Positions 29,632 to 38,888 are shown, counted from the stretch's first letter. The stretch: 64,000 nucleotides of DNA from Vulcanimicrobiota bacterium (GCA_050250895.1 JBFWNU010000002.1:224001-288000); one strand, 5' to 3'. Numbers and translations: made by a program. Notes: generated from the sequence alone by a model not told the origin.

Positions 29632-29906
29632 GCGAGCATGTGCGACGACTCAACGGAGGCGGCGAGGTGGAGGGGCAAACCCTCGAAGAGCTGGGCTGCA
29701 CCACGGTCTTCGAGCCCGGCTGGGAGACCGACGGCGACGGGGGGCAGCAGAGTCTGTGCCGACCGATGTATCGCGACCTCTACGGCTGCGCCGGCGACTG
29801 CTGGTGGCCGGCCCAGGTGCCCGACGAGATGTCGCAATACCCTTCCTGGGTCGAAGACTGTCAGGCCATCGAGCAGGACTGGAAGGACATCGACTTCATC
29901 AAATGA
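29628..29906 (+). CDS. qhpC: Quinohemoprotein amine dehydrogenase gamma subunit precursor (CTQ peptide)
   Basis: 92 aa: GCTTVFEPGWE..LCRPMYRDLYGCAGDCWWPAQVPD keeps the three Cys-Asp/Glu crosslink pairs and the CTQ Cys/Trp spacing; ATGA overlaps on both sides. Confidence 0.95.
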   Translation: MSEHVRRLNGGGEVEGQTLEELGCTTVFEPGWETDGDGGQQSLCRPMYRDLYGCAGDCWWPAQVPDEMSQYPSWVEDCQAIEQDWKDIDFIK

Positions 29907-30940
29907 GATGGCTACTGGTTTTGCTGGTCTTGCTGGCGCCGGCGTTTGGCGACGAGAGTCTGGTGGTGGTGGGCCGGGGAGGGGCGGCCATCGTCAACCC
30001 CGCCACCCTGGCCACCGAACTGGCCATTCCCACCCGCGGTGGGGCTCCGGCCTTTCTCTATTCCAACCTCGATCGCTCTCGCCTCTACTTGATCACCGGC
30101 GCCCGCGAACTCGTCGAGATCCTGGATGTCAAAAGCGGCAAGCTGACGCGCACCCTCACCCTCTCCCAGCCCAAAGAACTGCCTTATTTAAGGGCCTTTA
30201 TCTATGGGCTGTGCACCGACCCGCAAGAGAAGTTCCTCTATCTCTACATCCTGCCCAGCGTCCGAGAGCGCGAGTCGATTCGCGCCGAGGATTGCTACGT
30301 AGCCGTGGTCGATCTCGAAAGCGGCAAGAAGGTGGCCACCATTCCCGCCCCCGCCGGCATCAGCATGCTGGCCTTCAAGAACGACGGCAGCGAGATGTAT
30401 TTGCTGGGCCGCGACGTTTATGTGATGGACGCCAGGACGCGCAAGATCACGCTCAAAGAGTCGATACGCCATCCCGAGTATCAGGGCGAGGGCGAGACCG
30501 ACATCATCGCCGAGTGGGTCCACTATCGCGAATGCGACTCGGTGGCCTCACTGCCGATCTTCACCGAGGACCCTTCTACCAAGCGTTGGTTCATCGGCTT
30601 GTTGACCCTCGACCTCAAGACCGGCGAGCTCGATCGTTATGAAGCGGGTCCGCCCCCAGAATCGCTGGTCCCCTTTTCGGCCGTGATCACCCCCGACCGC
30701 CAGAAGGGTTACATCATCTTCAACCACCTGGTCGAGATGAGCCTGGCCGAGCGCAAGGTGACGCGCATGGTTCGCTTGCCCAAGTCGTATAGTATCTTGA
30801 CCGTCTCCGGCGACAGTTCGCGCCTGTTCTTCTGCGGCTCGGGTCGCAGCGTGGCTCGCTACGACATCGCCACCGGCGAGGTGGTCCAGCAGGTCGAGAT
30901 GCCCTGGGATACCACCGACATGATGGTGGTTCCACGCTAG
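29903..30940 (+). CDS. qhpB: Quinohemoprotein amine dehydrogenase beta subunit (beta-propeller)
   Basis: Signal peptide MRWLLVLLVLLAPAFG, propeller-like repeats, GLLTLDLKTGE; follows qhpC. Confidence 0.85.
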   Translation: MRWLLVLLVLLAPAFGDESLVVVGRGGAAIVNPATLATELAIPTRGGAPAFLYSNLDRSRLYLITGARELVEILDVKSGKLTRTLTLSQPKELPYLRAFIYGLCTDPQEKFLYLYILPSVRERESIRAEDCYVAVVDLESGKKVATIPAPAGISMLAFKNDGSEMYLLGRDVYVMDARTRKITLKESIRHPEYQGEGETDIIAEWVHYRECDSVASLPIFTEDPSTKRWFIGLLTLDLKTGELDRYEAGPPPESLVPFSAVITPDRQKGYIIFNHLVEMSLAERKVTRMVRLPKSYSILTVSGDSSRLFFCGSGRSVARYDIATGEVVQQVEMPWDTTDMMVVPR

Positions 30941-31776
30941 TGGAGCGGGCGATGGTGGCCAACCATCCGCGCCAACTCGAGTGGGACCGCTGGTGCCCGC
31001 CCGAGCTCGAAGGCCTGTTGCGCGAGGTGGTCGAGCCTCTGGCCGCCGGCCTGGAAGAACGCCTCGGTTCGCCCGCCTACAGTCGGGTTTATTTCGGCAA
31101 CGAGTCGTGCGAGATTCGTCTGCCCGAGCCGGCCGCTTTGTCTCGCATGCTAGAAGCGGCCCAGCAGCGAGGTCTCGCCCTCACCCTGTTGACGCCGCAA
31201 GTCAACGATGCCTGCCTGGAGAAGGTCGAGCAGTTGCTGGATCTTCTGCCCAGCGGGACTGAAGTGGTGTGCAATGATTGGGGCGTGCTTGGGCGGGTGC
31301 GCCAACGCCAGCTCAGGCCCGTGCTGGGCCGGTTGCTTTCGCGTTGCCTGCGCGACCCGCGCTCGCCCGAGCATCCGGCCTGGGAGGCCTCGCCTCTGGC
31401 CCACCCTCACTTTCGCGAAGCCCTGGCCGGCTGGGGAGTCGAGCGAGTGGAGGTGGACGTGCCCCTGGGACCGGCCGCCCCCCCCGCTCCGGAGTGGGGG
31501 CTCGAGGCCAGCCTGCGAGCGCCGTTCGTGCATGTGGCTTCGGGCCGCGTCTGTGCGGTGGGGTCGCTGTCGGCCCCGCCCGAAGAGAAGTTTCAGACGG
31601 CCGGAGCCTGCCAGCGCGAGTGCCTGACCTATCTGACGCGGCTGGATTCACCCACCCTCGAGTCGCAGCTTTTTCACCGCGGCAACGCCGCCTTTGCGGT
31701 GGCTGAGGCGACCACCCTGGTGGGTGCCCTTCACGGCTTCTCGCGCCTGGTCTTTGACCCGGAGCTGCTGTTTTGA
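30940..31776 (+). CDS. U32 family, UbiV-like Fe-S protein
   Basis: RVYFGNESC, LTLLTP, EVVCNDWG, SGRVC-x18-C-x3-C, RGN. Confidence 0.75.
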   Translation: MERAMVANHPRQLEWDRWCPPELEGLLREVVEPLAAGLEERLGSPAYSRVYFGNESCEIRLPEPAALSRMLEAAQQRGLALTLLTPQVNDACLEKVEQLLDLLPSGTEVVCNDWGVLGRVRQRQLRPVLGRLLSRCLRDPRSPEHPAWEASPLAHPHFREALAGWGVERVEVDVPLGPAAPPAPEWGLEASLRAPFVHVASGRVCAVGSLSAPPEEKFQTAGACQRECLTYLTRLDSPTLESQLFHRGNAAFAVAEATTLVGALHGFSRLVFDPELLF

Positions 31777-32774
31777 AGATTCTGGCGCCGGCCCGTTCGG
31801 CCATGGAAGTGGAGATGCTGGTCCATCACGGGGCCGAAGAGCTCTATTGCGGGCTGACCCCGCCCGAGTGGCACGAGCGCTTCGGTGGCCTCACCTGGCT
31901 CAATCGACGCTCGCCCCTGGGCGGCAACTTGCAGAGCTACGAAGAGCTGGGAGAGATGGTGCGACGAGCCAGGATTCCGGTCTTTCTCACCTTGAACGGT
32001 CAGGGCTTCACTCCCGAGCAGCTCGACTTTCAAATCGAGATAGCCCGTCGAGCCCAGCAGTTGGGAGTGGCCGCCTTCATCGTGGCCGACCTGGCACTGC
32101 TGCTGCGTCTGCGCCAGCAGCTGCCGGACATGCCGCTCCACCTGAGCAGTCTTGCCTCGTGCTTTAACCGGGCTTCCATCGACTTTTTCACCCATCTGGG
32201 AGTGGAGCGCGTGGTGCTGCCCCGCCAGGTCACCCTCGACGAGATCGAGGCCTTGCGCAAGGCGTGCCCGAAGGTCGAGATCGAGGTCTTCATCCTCAAC
32301 GACGGCTGCTTTTACGACGAGGGTGTGTGTGCCACCACCCATTCGCTCAAACCGTTCTGCATGACTCCCTGGCAAGAGACCTGGGAGCGCCGCGGGCAGC
32401 CCCTCGACGCTGCCGATGCGGCGCGCGTGGCCACCCATCAAAAGGAACTGCAGAAAGTGCTCTGGGCCAACAACAACTGCGGTTGCTCGCCTTCGCCCAA
32501 GGGTCTGCCCCAGGGGCCCTGCGGCCTGTGCGCCCTGCCGCGCCTGGCCGCCATGGGAGTCGACTCGCTCAAGATCGTCGGCCGCGAGGCGTCGGGCTTG
32601 CGCAAACTGGCCAGCCTGCAGCTGGTGCGGGCGGTGGTCGAGCGAGTGCGGGCCGGACAGTCGGAAGACGAGGTCCAGCAGTTCGCCGTCCAGGTGCGCG
32701 AGACGCCCGACCTGTGCGCCTCGGGCCGCATGTGCTACTACCGGGAAGTGCGATGGCGGCCCTCGCTCGTATAG
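31773..32774 (+). CDS. U32 family, UbiU-like Fe-S protein
   Basis: MKILAP, GAEELYCG, IVAD, LHLSS, RVVLPR, EVFILNDGCFYDEGVC (C-x6-C), SLKIVGR. Confidence 0.9.
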   Translation: MKILAPARSAMEVEMLVHHGAEELYCGLTPPEWHERFGGLTWLNRRSPLGGNLQSYEELGEMVRRARIPVFLTLNGQGFTPEQLDFQIEIARRAQQLGVAAFIVADLALLLRLRQQLPDMPLHLSSLASCFNRASIDFFTHLGVERVVLPRQVTLDEIEALRKACPKVEIEVFILNDGCFYDEGVCATTHSLKPFCMTPWQETWERRGQPLDAADAARVATHQKELQKVLWANNNCGCSPSPKGLPQGPCGLCALPRLAAMGVDSLKIVGREASGLRKLASLQLVRAVVERVRAGQSEDEVQQFAVQVRETPDLCASGRMCYYREVRWRPSLV

Positions 32775-34378
32775 TTCCTTTTCTCAGGGGCTTTCGCCTC
32801 AAGCTCGTTTTGATGTTCGGTCTGGCTCTGCTGGGAGTGGGCCTGAGCACCCTTTATCCCCTGGTGGGACGCTACCTGGTCGATCAGGTGCTGGTGCCAC
32901 GCAACGAAGCCGGCCTGGTGCCGGCCCTGGGCGCCCTGGTCGGTCTGGCCCTGATAGGCTGGCTCATCCGCGGCCTGGGGCGCACCCTCAACGCGTTGAC
33001 CACGGCCGAGATTCTGATCGCGATGCGGACCCACCTTTTCTCGCACCTGTTGCGCCTGCCTCAGAGCTTCTTTGTACGCGCCCGGACCGGGGACCTGGTG
33101 GCCCGCCTGCACCAGGACCTGACCGAGGCCCAGCGGGTCGCCACCGACGTGGTCCCCGGCCTGCTGGCCGCGGCCCTGTCGGCCCTGGCTTCGCTGGGCA
33201 TGCTGCTCTATCTCGATTGGCGGCTGACGCTGGCCACCCTCAGCGTGGCTCCTTTCATGTTGTTGACCGTGAGCGCCCTGCGCGCCCCGCTCCGTCGGGG
33301 AGCCATGAGCATCCGTGACGCCGCCGCCCAGACCCTGGCCTTCGCCGTCGAGAGCGTGGGGCGGGTGCGCATGACGGCGGCTTACGACTGCCAGGACGAA
33401 GAGGTCGAGCGCTATCGCCAGCACAATCTCGGCATTCTCGGGGCTCTGCGTTCCTACCAGTGGCTTTCGGTGGGGGCCGGCAGCCTGCCGCCCATCCTGG
33501 TCGGAGTGGCCGGAATGGTGGTGTTTTACTGGGGTGGCCGCCAGGTGCTCGCGGGCCAGATGACGGTCGGAGATCTGCTGGCCTACGCCGCCTATCAGGT
33601 GCGCTTCTTCGCTCCCGTGCAAGATTTGGCCCGAGGAGGCTTTCGTCTGGCCACCGGCCGGGCTGCCCTCGACCGCGTTTTCGAGGTGCTGGATCTGCCC
33701 CCGGCCGACCCTCCCGAACTCGAACCGCAGACGGTCTCGGGCCCTATCGAGTGGGATCAGGTCAGCTTTGCCTATCCCGGCCGCGGACCGCTACTCGAGC
33801 GCGTCAGCCTGCGTCTTGACCCCGGCGAGATCGTGGCCCTCACCGGCCCCAACGGGGTGGGCAAGACCACCCTGATCTGGCTGTTGCTCGGTTTCGAGAA
33901 GCCTGCCTCGGGAGCCATCCGCATCGGCGGCATCGCGCTCGACGAGATCCACCCCAGGGCGGTGCGCCGGGCCGTGACCCTGGTCCCCCAGGAAGCTTAT
34001 CTGCTCAATGCTAGCCTGGAAGACAATCTACGTTTCGCTGACCCCCAGGCCAGCCAGGCCGAACTCGACGAGGCGGCTGCCCTGGCCGGCATCGAGCTCC
34101 CCCTTTCCACCCTGGTAGGCGAGCGAGGCCTGGCCCTGTCTGACGGCCAGCGCCAGCGGGTGGCCCTGGCTCGCGGTTTGCTACGCAAGACTCCCGTGCT
34201 GATCCTCGACGAGGCCACTTCGGCCGTCGACGGCCCCTCTGAGGCCCGCCTCTTCCCCGCCCTGCGCGAACGCGGCCTGACCGTGCTGGTGCTGGCCCAC
34301 CGCGACTCCACCGTCGAGCAGGCCGACCGGGTGGTGCGCCTCGAGGCCGGTCGGGTGGTCGAAGCCGCCCCGTGCTAG
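32753..34378 (+). CDS. qhpF: ABC exporter, fused TMD + ATPase (QhpF-like)
   Basis: Six-TM region, Walker A GPNGVGKT, LSDGQRQR, LILDEATS; start trimmed to MAALARI. Confidence 0.85.
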   Translation: MAALARIVPFLRGFRLKLVLMFGLALLGVGLSTLYPLVGRYLVDQVLVPRNEAGLVPALGALVGLALIGWLIRGLGRTLNALTTAEILIAMRTHLFSHLLRLPQSFFVRARTGDLVARLHQDLTEAQRVATDVVPGLLAAALSALASLGMLLYLDWRLTLATLSVAPFMLLTVSALRAPLRRGAMSIRDAAAQTLAFAVESVGRVRMTAAYDCQDEEVERYRQHNLGILGALRSYQWLSVGAGSLPPILVGVAGMVVFYWGGRQVLAGQMTVGDLLAYAAYQVRFFAPVQDLARGGFRLATGRAALDRVFEVLDLPPADPPELEPQTVSGPIEWDQVSFAYPGRGPLLERVSLRLDPGEIVALTGPNGVGKTTLIWLLLGFEKPASGAIRIGGIALDEIHPRAVRRAVTLVPQEAYLLNASLEDNLRFADPQASQAELDEAAALAGIELPLSTLVGERGLALSDGQRQRVALARGLLRKTPVLILDEATSAVDGPSEARLFPALRERGLTVLVLAHRDSTVEQADRVVRLEAGRVVEAAPC

Positions 34379-35001
34379 CCGGATTCACCGGACGCGGGGT
34401 CCGCATCGCCCTGATCGATAGCGGAGTCAATCCTCACCACTCGCACCTCACCCGGGTGGCTCCGGGCCACTCCCTGGTTTCCGACGATACTCTCGACCAC
34501 ATCGGGCACGGCACGGCCATCGCGGGCGTGGTCCACTGGTGGGCCAGCCAGGCCGAGATCGTGCCGGTCAAGATCTTCGATCACCAGCTGCGCTGCCCCA
34601 CCGAGTTGGCCCAACAGGCCGTGGCCTGGGCCGTCGAGCAGGCTATTCCCCTGATCGGCCTGTCGCTGGCCGGGCGCGAAGAAGAGGGCTGGTCTAACTG
34701 CATACCCTCCAGTTCGCTGCTGGTCGCCTCGGCCGCCAATCGCTTTGCCGGAGGCTTTCCGGCTGTGTTGCCCGGCGTGCTGGGCGTGCAGGGCGTGCCG
34801 GCCCACACCTTCCGCAGCCTGGACGGACCCATCGACCTCGAGGCGCCCGGCCTGCCCCGCAGCCTGCCCGAGGATCGGCCCAACTTTCGCGGCAACAGCA
34901 TGGCCGTGGGCCATGCCCTGGGCCTCCTGGCCCGTCGCCTCGAGCAGCAGCCCGAGTCGACCCCAGCCCAATTGCTGGCCTGGCTGCGCCAGAGCGGTTA
35001 G
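34372..35001 (+). CDS. qhpE: Small S8 subtilisin-like leader peptidase (QhpE-like)
   Basis: Triad IALIDSGV / HGTAIAG / GNSMA; 209 aa, no signal peptide; last gene of the qhp operon. Confidence 0.85.
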   Translation: MLAGFTGRGVRIALIDSGVNPHHSHLTRVAPGHSLVSDDTLDHIGHGTAIAGVVHWWASQAEIVPVKIFDHQLRCPTELAQQAVAWAVEQAIPLIGLSLAGREEEGWSNCIPSSSLLVASAANRFAGGFPAVLPGVLGVQGVPAHTFRSLDGPIDLEAPGLPRSLPEDRPNFRGNSMAVGHALGLLARRLEQQPESTPAQLLAWLRQSG

Positions 35002-35906
35002 GAGCAGGGGCCCTCGCAGCAGTAGTAGTTGCCACTGCCGCCCATGATCGCGGCCTGACGAGCGTCGTCACAGCGGCGCTGGCAGATGTTGAAGCCGCCA
35101 AAGTTGCAGATGAAATTGGTGCCGTTCTCGACGCAGACCGGAAAGCCGTCGGGGTTGTCGTCGGTGCACGAATCAGCGGCCGAGCAAGGCGTGCCCGAGA
35201 TGCCCGGGCAACTGCGCTGGGTCATGCAAAAACAGGTGCAGCTTCCTCCGGTGCAAAGGTCCTGGCAAAAGCAGGCGGTGCTGTCGCAACAGGACACGCA
35301 GCCGTTGGGGGGAGTGGTGGCTGAGGGTACCCCCATGGCGTCGCACTGGGTGCATCCCTGGTCGTCGATACAGGCCGAAGCCGCCGCCACCGGCCCAGGG
35401 GCTGCCGCCAGGGAGATTACAGGCAACACGGCGGCCGCCCTGGCAAAACTCGCCAGGAATGTCCGGCGACTGGCCGAGCAGGCGAGCGGTGTGTCGACCG
35501 GAATGATCCGCTGCCGGCGAAACTCGCCCAGGGCCTGCCACAACAGCCCGAGGCCACCCATTTCGTCAGCCGCTTCGTGCACCAGGGTCTGGCCGTCGCA
35601 CAGTTCGTAGAGGCGCCGAGCCGGACCGTTGAGCAGCAGTAGCCCCGTGCGTAGGCGATGATAGAGCATCATCTCGTCTTGCACCGGTTGGCCCAGATAG
35701 TCGTGCGCTTGGGGCATCTCGGCAGGAGCGGTCAAGCCCTCGCGGTCGAACCGTTCGAGCGCCGCCTTGAGGGCCTCGTCGCTCATTCCCAGGCGTGAGG
35801 CTGCCACCGTGCGCGGTGTCCGGCCGTCGCAAAATTCGAGCAGAGGCAGATCTTCCGGTGGTAGATTAGTGTCGGCAATCTTGAATGGCATTATGACAGA
35901 GTTCAT
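34998..35906 (-). CDS. PqqD/RRE-like domain(s) fused to an RR-leader and a Cys-rich tail
   Basis: DEMMLYH..LLNGPARRLYELCDGQ (plus an earlier LEFCDGRT), SRRTFL..AVLPVISLAAAPGPVAAAS, then 22 Cys. Confidence 0.8.
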   Translation of the reverse strand: MNSVIMPFKIADTNLPPEDLPLLEFCDGRTPRTVAASRLGMSDEALKAALERFDREGLTAPAEMPQAHDYLGQPVQDEMMLYHRLRTGLLLLNGPARRLYELCDGQTLVHEAADEMGGLGLLWQALGEFRRQRIIPVDTPLACSASRRTFLASFARAAAVLPVISLAAAPGPVAAASACIDDQGCTQCDAMGVPSATTPPNGCVSCCDSTACFCQDLCTGGSCTCFCMTQRSCPGISGTPCSAADSCTDDNPDGFPVCVENGTNFICNFGGFNICQRRCDDARQAAIMGGSGNYYCCEGPCS

Positions 35907-36034
35907 AGTCCAGCCTTCGCAGGCCGTCGCAGGGCTCCTGCGGTGACAGGCGACACCGACTCTCGGCGTCGGTTGTCACTGATTTCTTAGCCGCCAGGCC
36001 TCACCATGGACTCATCCCAACCAAGGAGGTCCCC

Positions 36035-36832
36035 ATGGACAGCATCTCAGCCACCAACAAACAAAACCCCGTGTCCCCCGTCGACCGGCCCAAGGCCCCT
36101 CTTCGAGCCCGGCCAAAGGGGCCCGAAGACGTGCTTGCGACCGGAAGCCGCACTAGCCCCGAGCAGCAGCAACTCGCCGAGTTGCGGCGCCAGGCCGTGG
36201 CCCAAGGCTACGAGCTGAAACGCCGTAAAGACGGGAGCCGAGTACTCTTGCCGCCCGAACGCCAACCTGGCTTGATGGAGCGGATGGCCGATCAGTTCGG
36301 AAGTCAGCAGCACGTCAAGGACTCGCTTGTGTTTCTCGGTGGAGAACTCGAGGCAGCCGTCCCCATGAACGGGACGGGCGTTGAATTTTGTACGATGGGT
36401 GTACGTTCGCTGATGGACACGTATGACGACTTCAAAGACCCCCGACAGACCCTTCGGCGTCCCCTGGAAACCATGGAGCGAGTGGCCCAGAAGGGAATGC
36501 AATACGTCGATCACCCGCAAGCACTCGTGAACGACGTGAGACGAGGGGCAGAGCGCGTGCGGAGCGATTTCACCAAGCCGTTTCGTGACGGGGATATGCG
36601 GGAGGCCGGAAAGATCACCTACGCAGCCATCGATGTGACCGTTCACGGGGTGGCAGCCGCCCGGGCTCGGATGCCAGGCAAGGCGCCGGACGTGCCGACT
36701 AGCATCGGGCCCCAGGGTCCCGGCGGAGGACCGTTGCCCCGCAAGCCTGTCGAGAAGCCCAGCGACCTGCAACTTCTGGGCGATGTCTTCTCCCGCGTGA
36801 ACTCGGCCGCTCAGGTTAAAAGGGAGCCTTAG
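36035..36832 (+). CDS. Hypothetical protein
   Basis: 265-aa ORF with AAGGAGG SD. Confidence 0.7.
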   Translation: MDSISATNKQNPVSPVDRPKAPLRARPKGPEDVLATGSRTSPEQQQLAELRRQAVAQGYELKRRKDGSRVLLPPERQPGLMERMADQFGSQQHVKDSLVFLGGELEAAVPMNGTGVEFCTMGVRSLMDTYDDFKDPRQTLRRPLETMERVAQKGMQYVDHPQALVNDVRRGAERVRSDFTKPFRDGDMREAGKITYAAIDVTVHGVAAARARMPGKAPDVPTSIGPQGPGGGPLPRKPVEKPSDLQLLGDVFSRVNSAAQVKREP

Positions 36833-37064
36833 TCCTGGGTCCGGCGGCGAGGCTCGACCGTGAACGGCGCCGAGCTCAGTCGCCGGGCCACCCCGTCCTG
36901 CCACACGATGACCTGGATGCGGTAGGGCGGGGGCTTACCTATCTCTTCCCGAAGAGCGGCAGAGATTCGCTCCTTTTCCCGTCGACGAAGTCGGCGCTCC
37001 CTCTCCCGGCCTCTGGCCGCTCCTTTCTCCTCGACGAAGTCGAGGCTCCCTTGCCCGAAGGGCG

Positions 37065-37814
37065 CTACTGCGCGTAGCCGTGGACACGATTGCGCCAGCC
37101 TTGCAGCCAGCGCGACTCGCCGCGTTCTGGCGGGGAGTTCTGGACGCGGCGAGTGAGCACCCGGTCGGCTGCCTTCGAGAAATCGGCCAGCGGATTGGCC
37201 TCGTCGCGCATCTCCTGCAGCACCTGCAACAATCCCCAGCCCTGGCCGTGGTAGCGCTCCTTGGGGCTGGTGCCTTCGCCCTTGAAGTTGACGTAGTCGA
37301 GCAGCGGATAGATGCCCTTGCCCCGCACTCGCTCGAAACGCTGGCGAATCACTTCTTGCTCGGCCGGCTCGAGTTCGGCCATGATCTTGGGCAGGGTCTC
37401 GGACAACCGCTGGGCCGCAAAGCGCGCTTGCAGGGCCGTGGTCTCGGAGAGCAGCCGGCGCAGGCTCTTCAAGCGGGGGCCGTTGAAGTCGGCCATGAAG
37501 GCGTCGCGGCTGTTCCAGGGGCAGTCCCTGGTGGTCTCGAGCCAGGCCGGCAGCTTGGCCCCGTTGGCCTTGAGATACTCGACCAGTTTGGGAAAACTCT
37601 CTTGGAACGGACCCTCTTGCCCGGCCGGATACCAGATGAAGTGCCCAATGCCCAAAGAGGCAAAGCTCTCGCCGTGGTTCCACGAGGTCAGCCCGTCGAT
37701 GCGGCCGCCACACTCGTTTTGCCACAGCCGTTTGCCGGCCGCCTGAACGTCGGCATCGCCGGGTTGGGCCAGGGCCGGCGCCACCAGCAGTAGAAAAATA
37801 ATCAAGATCCGCAT
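37065..37814 (-). CDS. Conserved secreted hypothetical protein, possibly lysozyme-like fold
   Basis: Signal peptide MRILIIFLLLVAPALA; WQNEC..SWNHGESFASLGIGHFIWYP..DYVNFKGEG..GWGLLQVL. Confidence 0.75.
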   Translation of the reverse strand: MRILIIFLLLVAPALAQPGDADVQAAGKRLWQNECGGRIDGLTSWNHGESFASLGIGHFIWYPAGQEGPFQESFPKLVEYLKANGAKLPAWLETTRDCPWNSRDAFMADFNGPRLKSLRRLLSETTALQARFAAQRLSETLPKIMAELEPAEQEVIRQRFERVRGKGIYPLLDYVNFKGEGTSPKERYHGQGWGLLQVLQEMRDEANPLADFSKAADRVLTRRVQNSPPERGESRWLQGWRNRVHGYAQ

Positions 37815-37816
37815 GC

Positions 37817-38884
37817 TCACGATTTCGCCGCCCCAACCTCGCCTTCCCCTCTCCTTCCTGACAACCGCCGCCAGGCCAGGGCCGTCGCATCGTCGGTCTG
37901 GGGGTTTTTGGCGAAACTCTCCAGCCGCGAGAACAACTGGGGAAGCAACCTGTCGCAGGGCTCCGATTTCAGTTCCACCAGGGCGTCCCGTAGCCGGTCC
38001 TCGCCGAACTGTTCCCCTGCTTGATTGCGCCACTCCACCAGACCGTCGGTCCCCAGCAGCCAGAGTTCGTTGGTCTCGACTGGATAGGGGCCGGCCAGCT
38101 GCCACTCGAAATCGAGGTCGACACCCAGCGGTGGGCCGGTCGCCGGCAACCACTCGAGCTGGCTGCCGAGCTTCAAGAGGGGACCGTGCCCGGCGCTGAC
38201 ATAGAATAGCTCGTGAGACTCGAGGTCGAGGACCACCAGGCAGGCGGTGACGAATCGGTCGTGGAGATCGCGACCTAGCAGGCGATTCACCCCGGTGACG
38301 ACCTGCAAGGGGTCGGACCACTCTGAAAGCAGGGCCCGAAAATAGGCCCTGCATTGGCTCACCAGGATGGTCGAGTCGACCCCATGGCCGGTGGCATCCG
38401 CCACCAGCAGCGCTCGCAGGCCATCGCCAAACTCGACCACGTCATAGAGGTCGCCTCCGGTCAGGTGGGCCGGTCTGAGCAAGCCCGCCAGCTCGTAGCC
38501 GGGCAGGCGCATCGAGGCCGGCAAGAGCGACTGAATCAGCTCGCCGGCTCTGGCCATGTCGCGTTCTAATCGACTTTTAGCCCTGGCCTCGTCGAGAAGC
38601 ATCTGGCGCTTGATGGCGATCGAGGCCAGGCCGGCCAGAAGCTCGGCGTTGGGGACGTCAAGGGGGGCGCCGGTCCAGATTTCGAGCAGCCCATAGGCAT
38701 CGTCAGTGTCCTGGAGAGGAAAGACCACCAGCTCTGACTCAGCCTCTGAGACCTCTTCACCGGCCAGTCGCACCCGCGCCCGGCGGCAGTCGAGCAGGCG
38801 CACACAGGCCTGCTCGACCACCGTCTTGAGCGTCTCGAGGTCGAAGGTTTCGGCCAGGGATTTGACCACCTCGAGTAGCTGCAT
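37817..38884 (-). CDS. SpoIIE/RsbU-like PP2C phosphatase with short GAF-like N-terminus
   Basis: GGDLYD, VADATGHG, SAGH, TDGLVE, DDATAL. Confidence 0.92.
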   Translation of the reverse strand: MQLLEVVKSLAETFDLETLKTVVEQACVRLLDCRRARVRLAGEEVSEAESELVVFPLQDTDDAYGLLEIWTGAPLDVPNAELLAGLASIAIKRQMLLDEARAKSRLERDMARAGELIQSLLPASMRLPGYELAGLLRPAHLTGGDLYDVVEFGDGLRALLVADATGHGVDSTILVSQCRAYFRALLSEWSDPLQVVTGVNRLLGRDLHDRFVTACLVVLDLESHELFYVSAGHGPLLKLGSQLEWLPATGPPLGVDLDFEWQLAGPYPVETNELWLLGTDGLVEWRNQAGEQFGEDRLRDALVELKSEPCDRLLPQLFSRLESFAKNPQTDDATALAWRRLSGRRGEGEVGAAKS

Positions 38885-38888
38885 GGAC

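Noticed and set aside
30940-32774. Calling the U32 genes collagenases/proteases or true ubiU/ubiV
   Set aside because: The Cys motifs fit Fe-S hydroxylase-type U32 proteins, no ubiT or other ubi genes are nearby, and an S8 leader peptidase is already present.
35941-35981. Imperfect hairpin between divergent genes
   Set aside because: GC-rich interrupted stem with no U-tract or known consensus; could be chance.
36829-37890. 353-aa minus-strand ORF
   Set aside because: Arg/Gly/Pro-rich shadow frame over the secreted protein gene; its last ~40 codons may be a gene remnant but I cannot support that.
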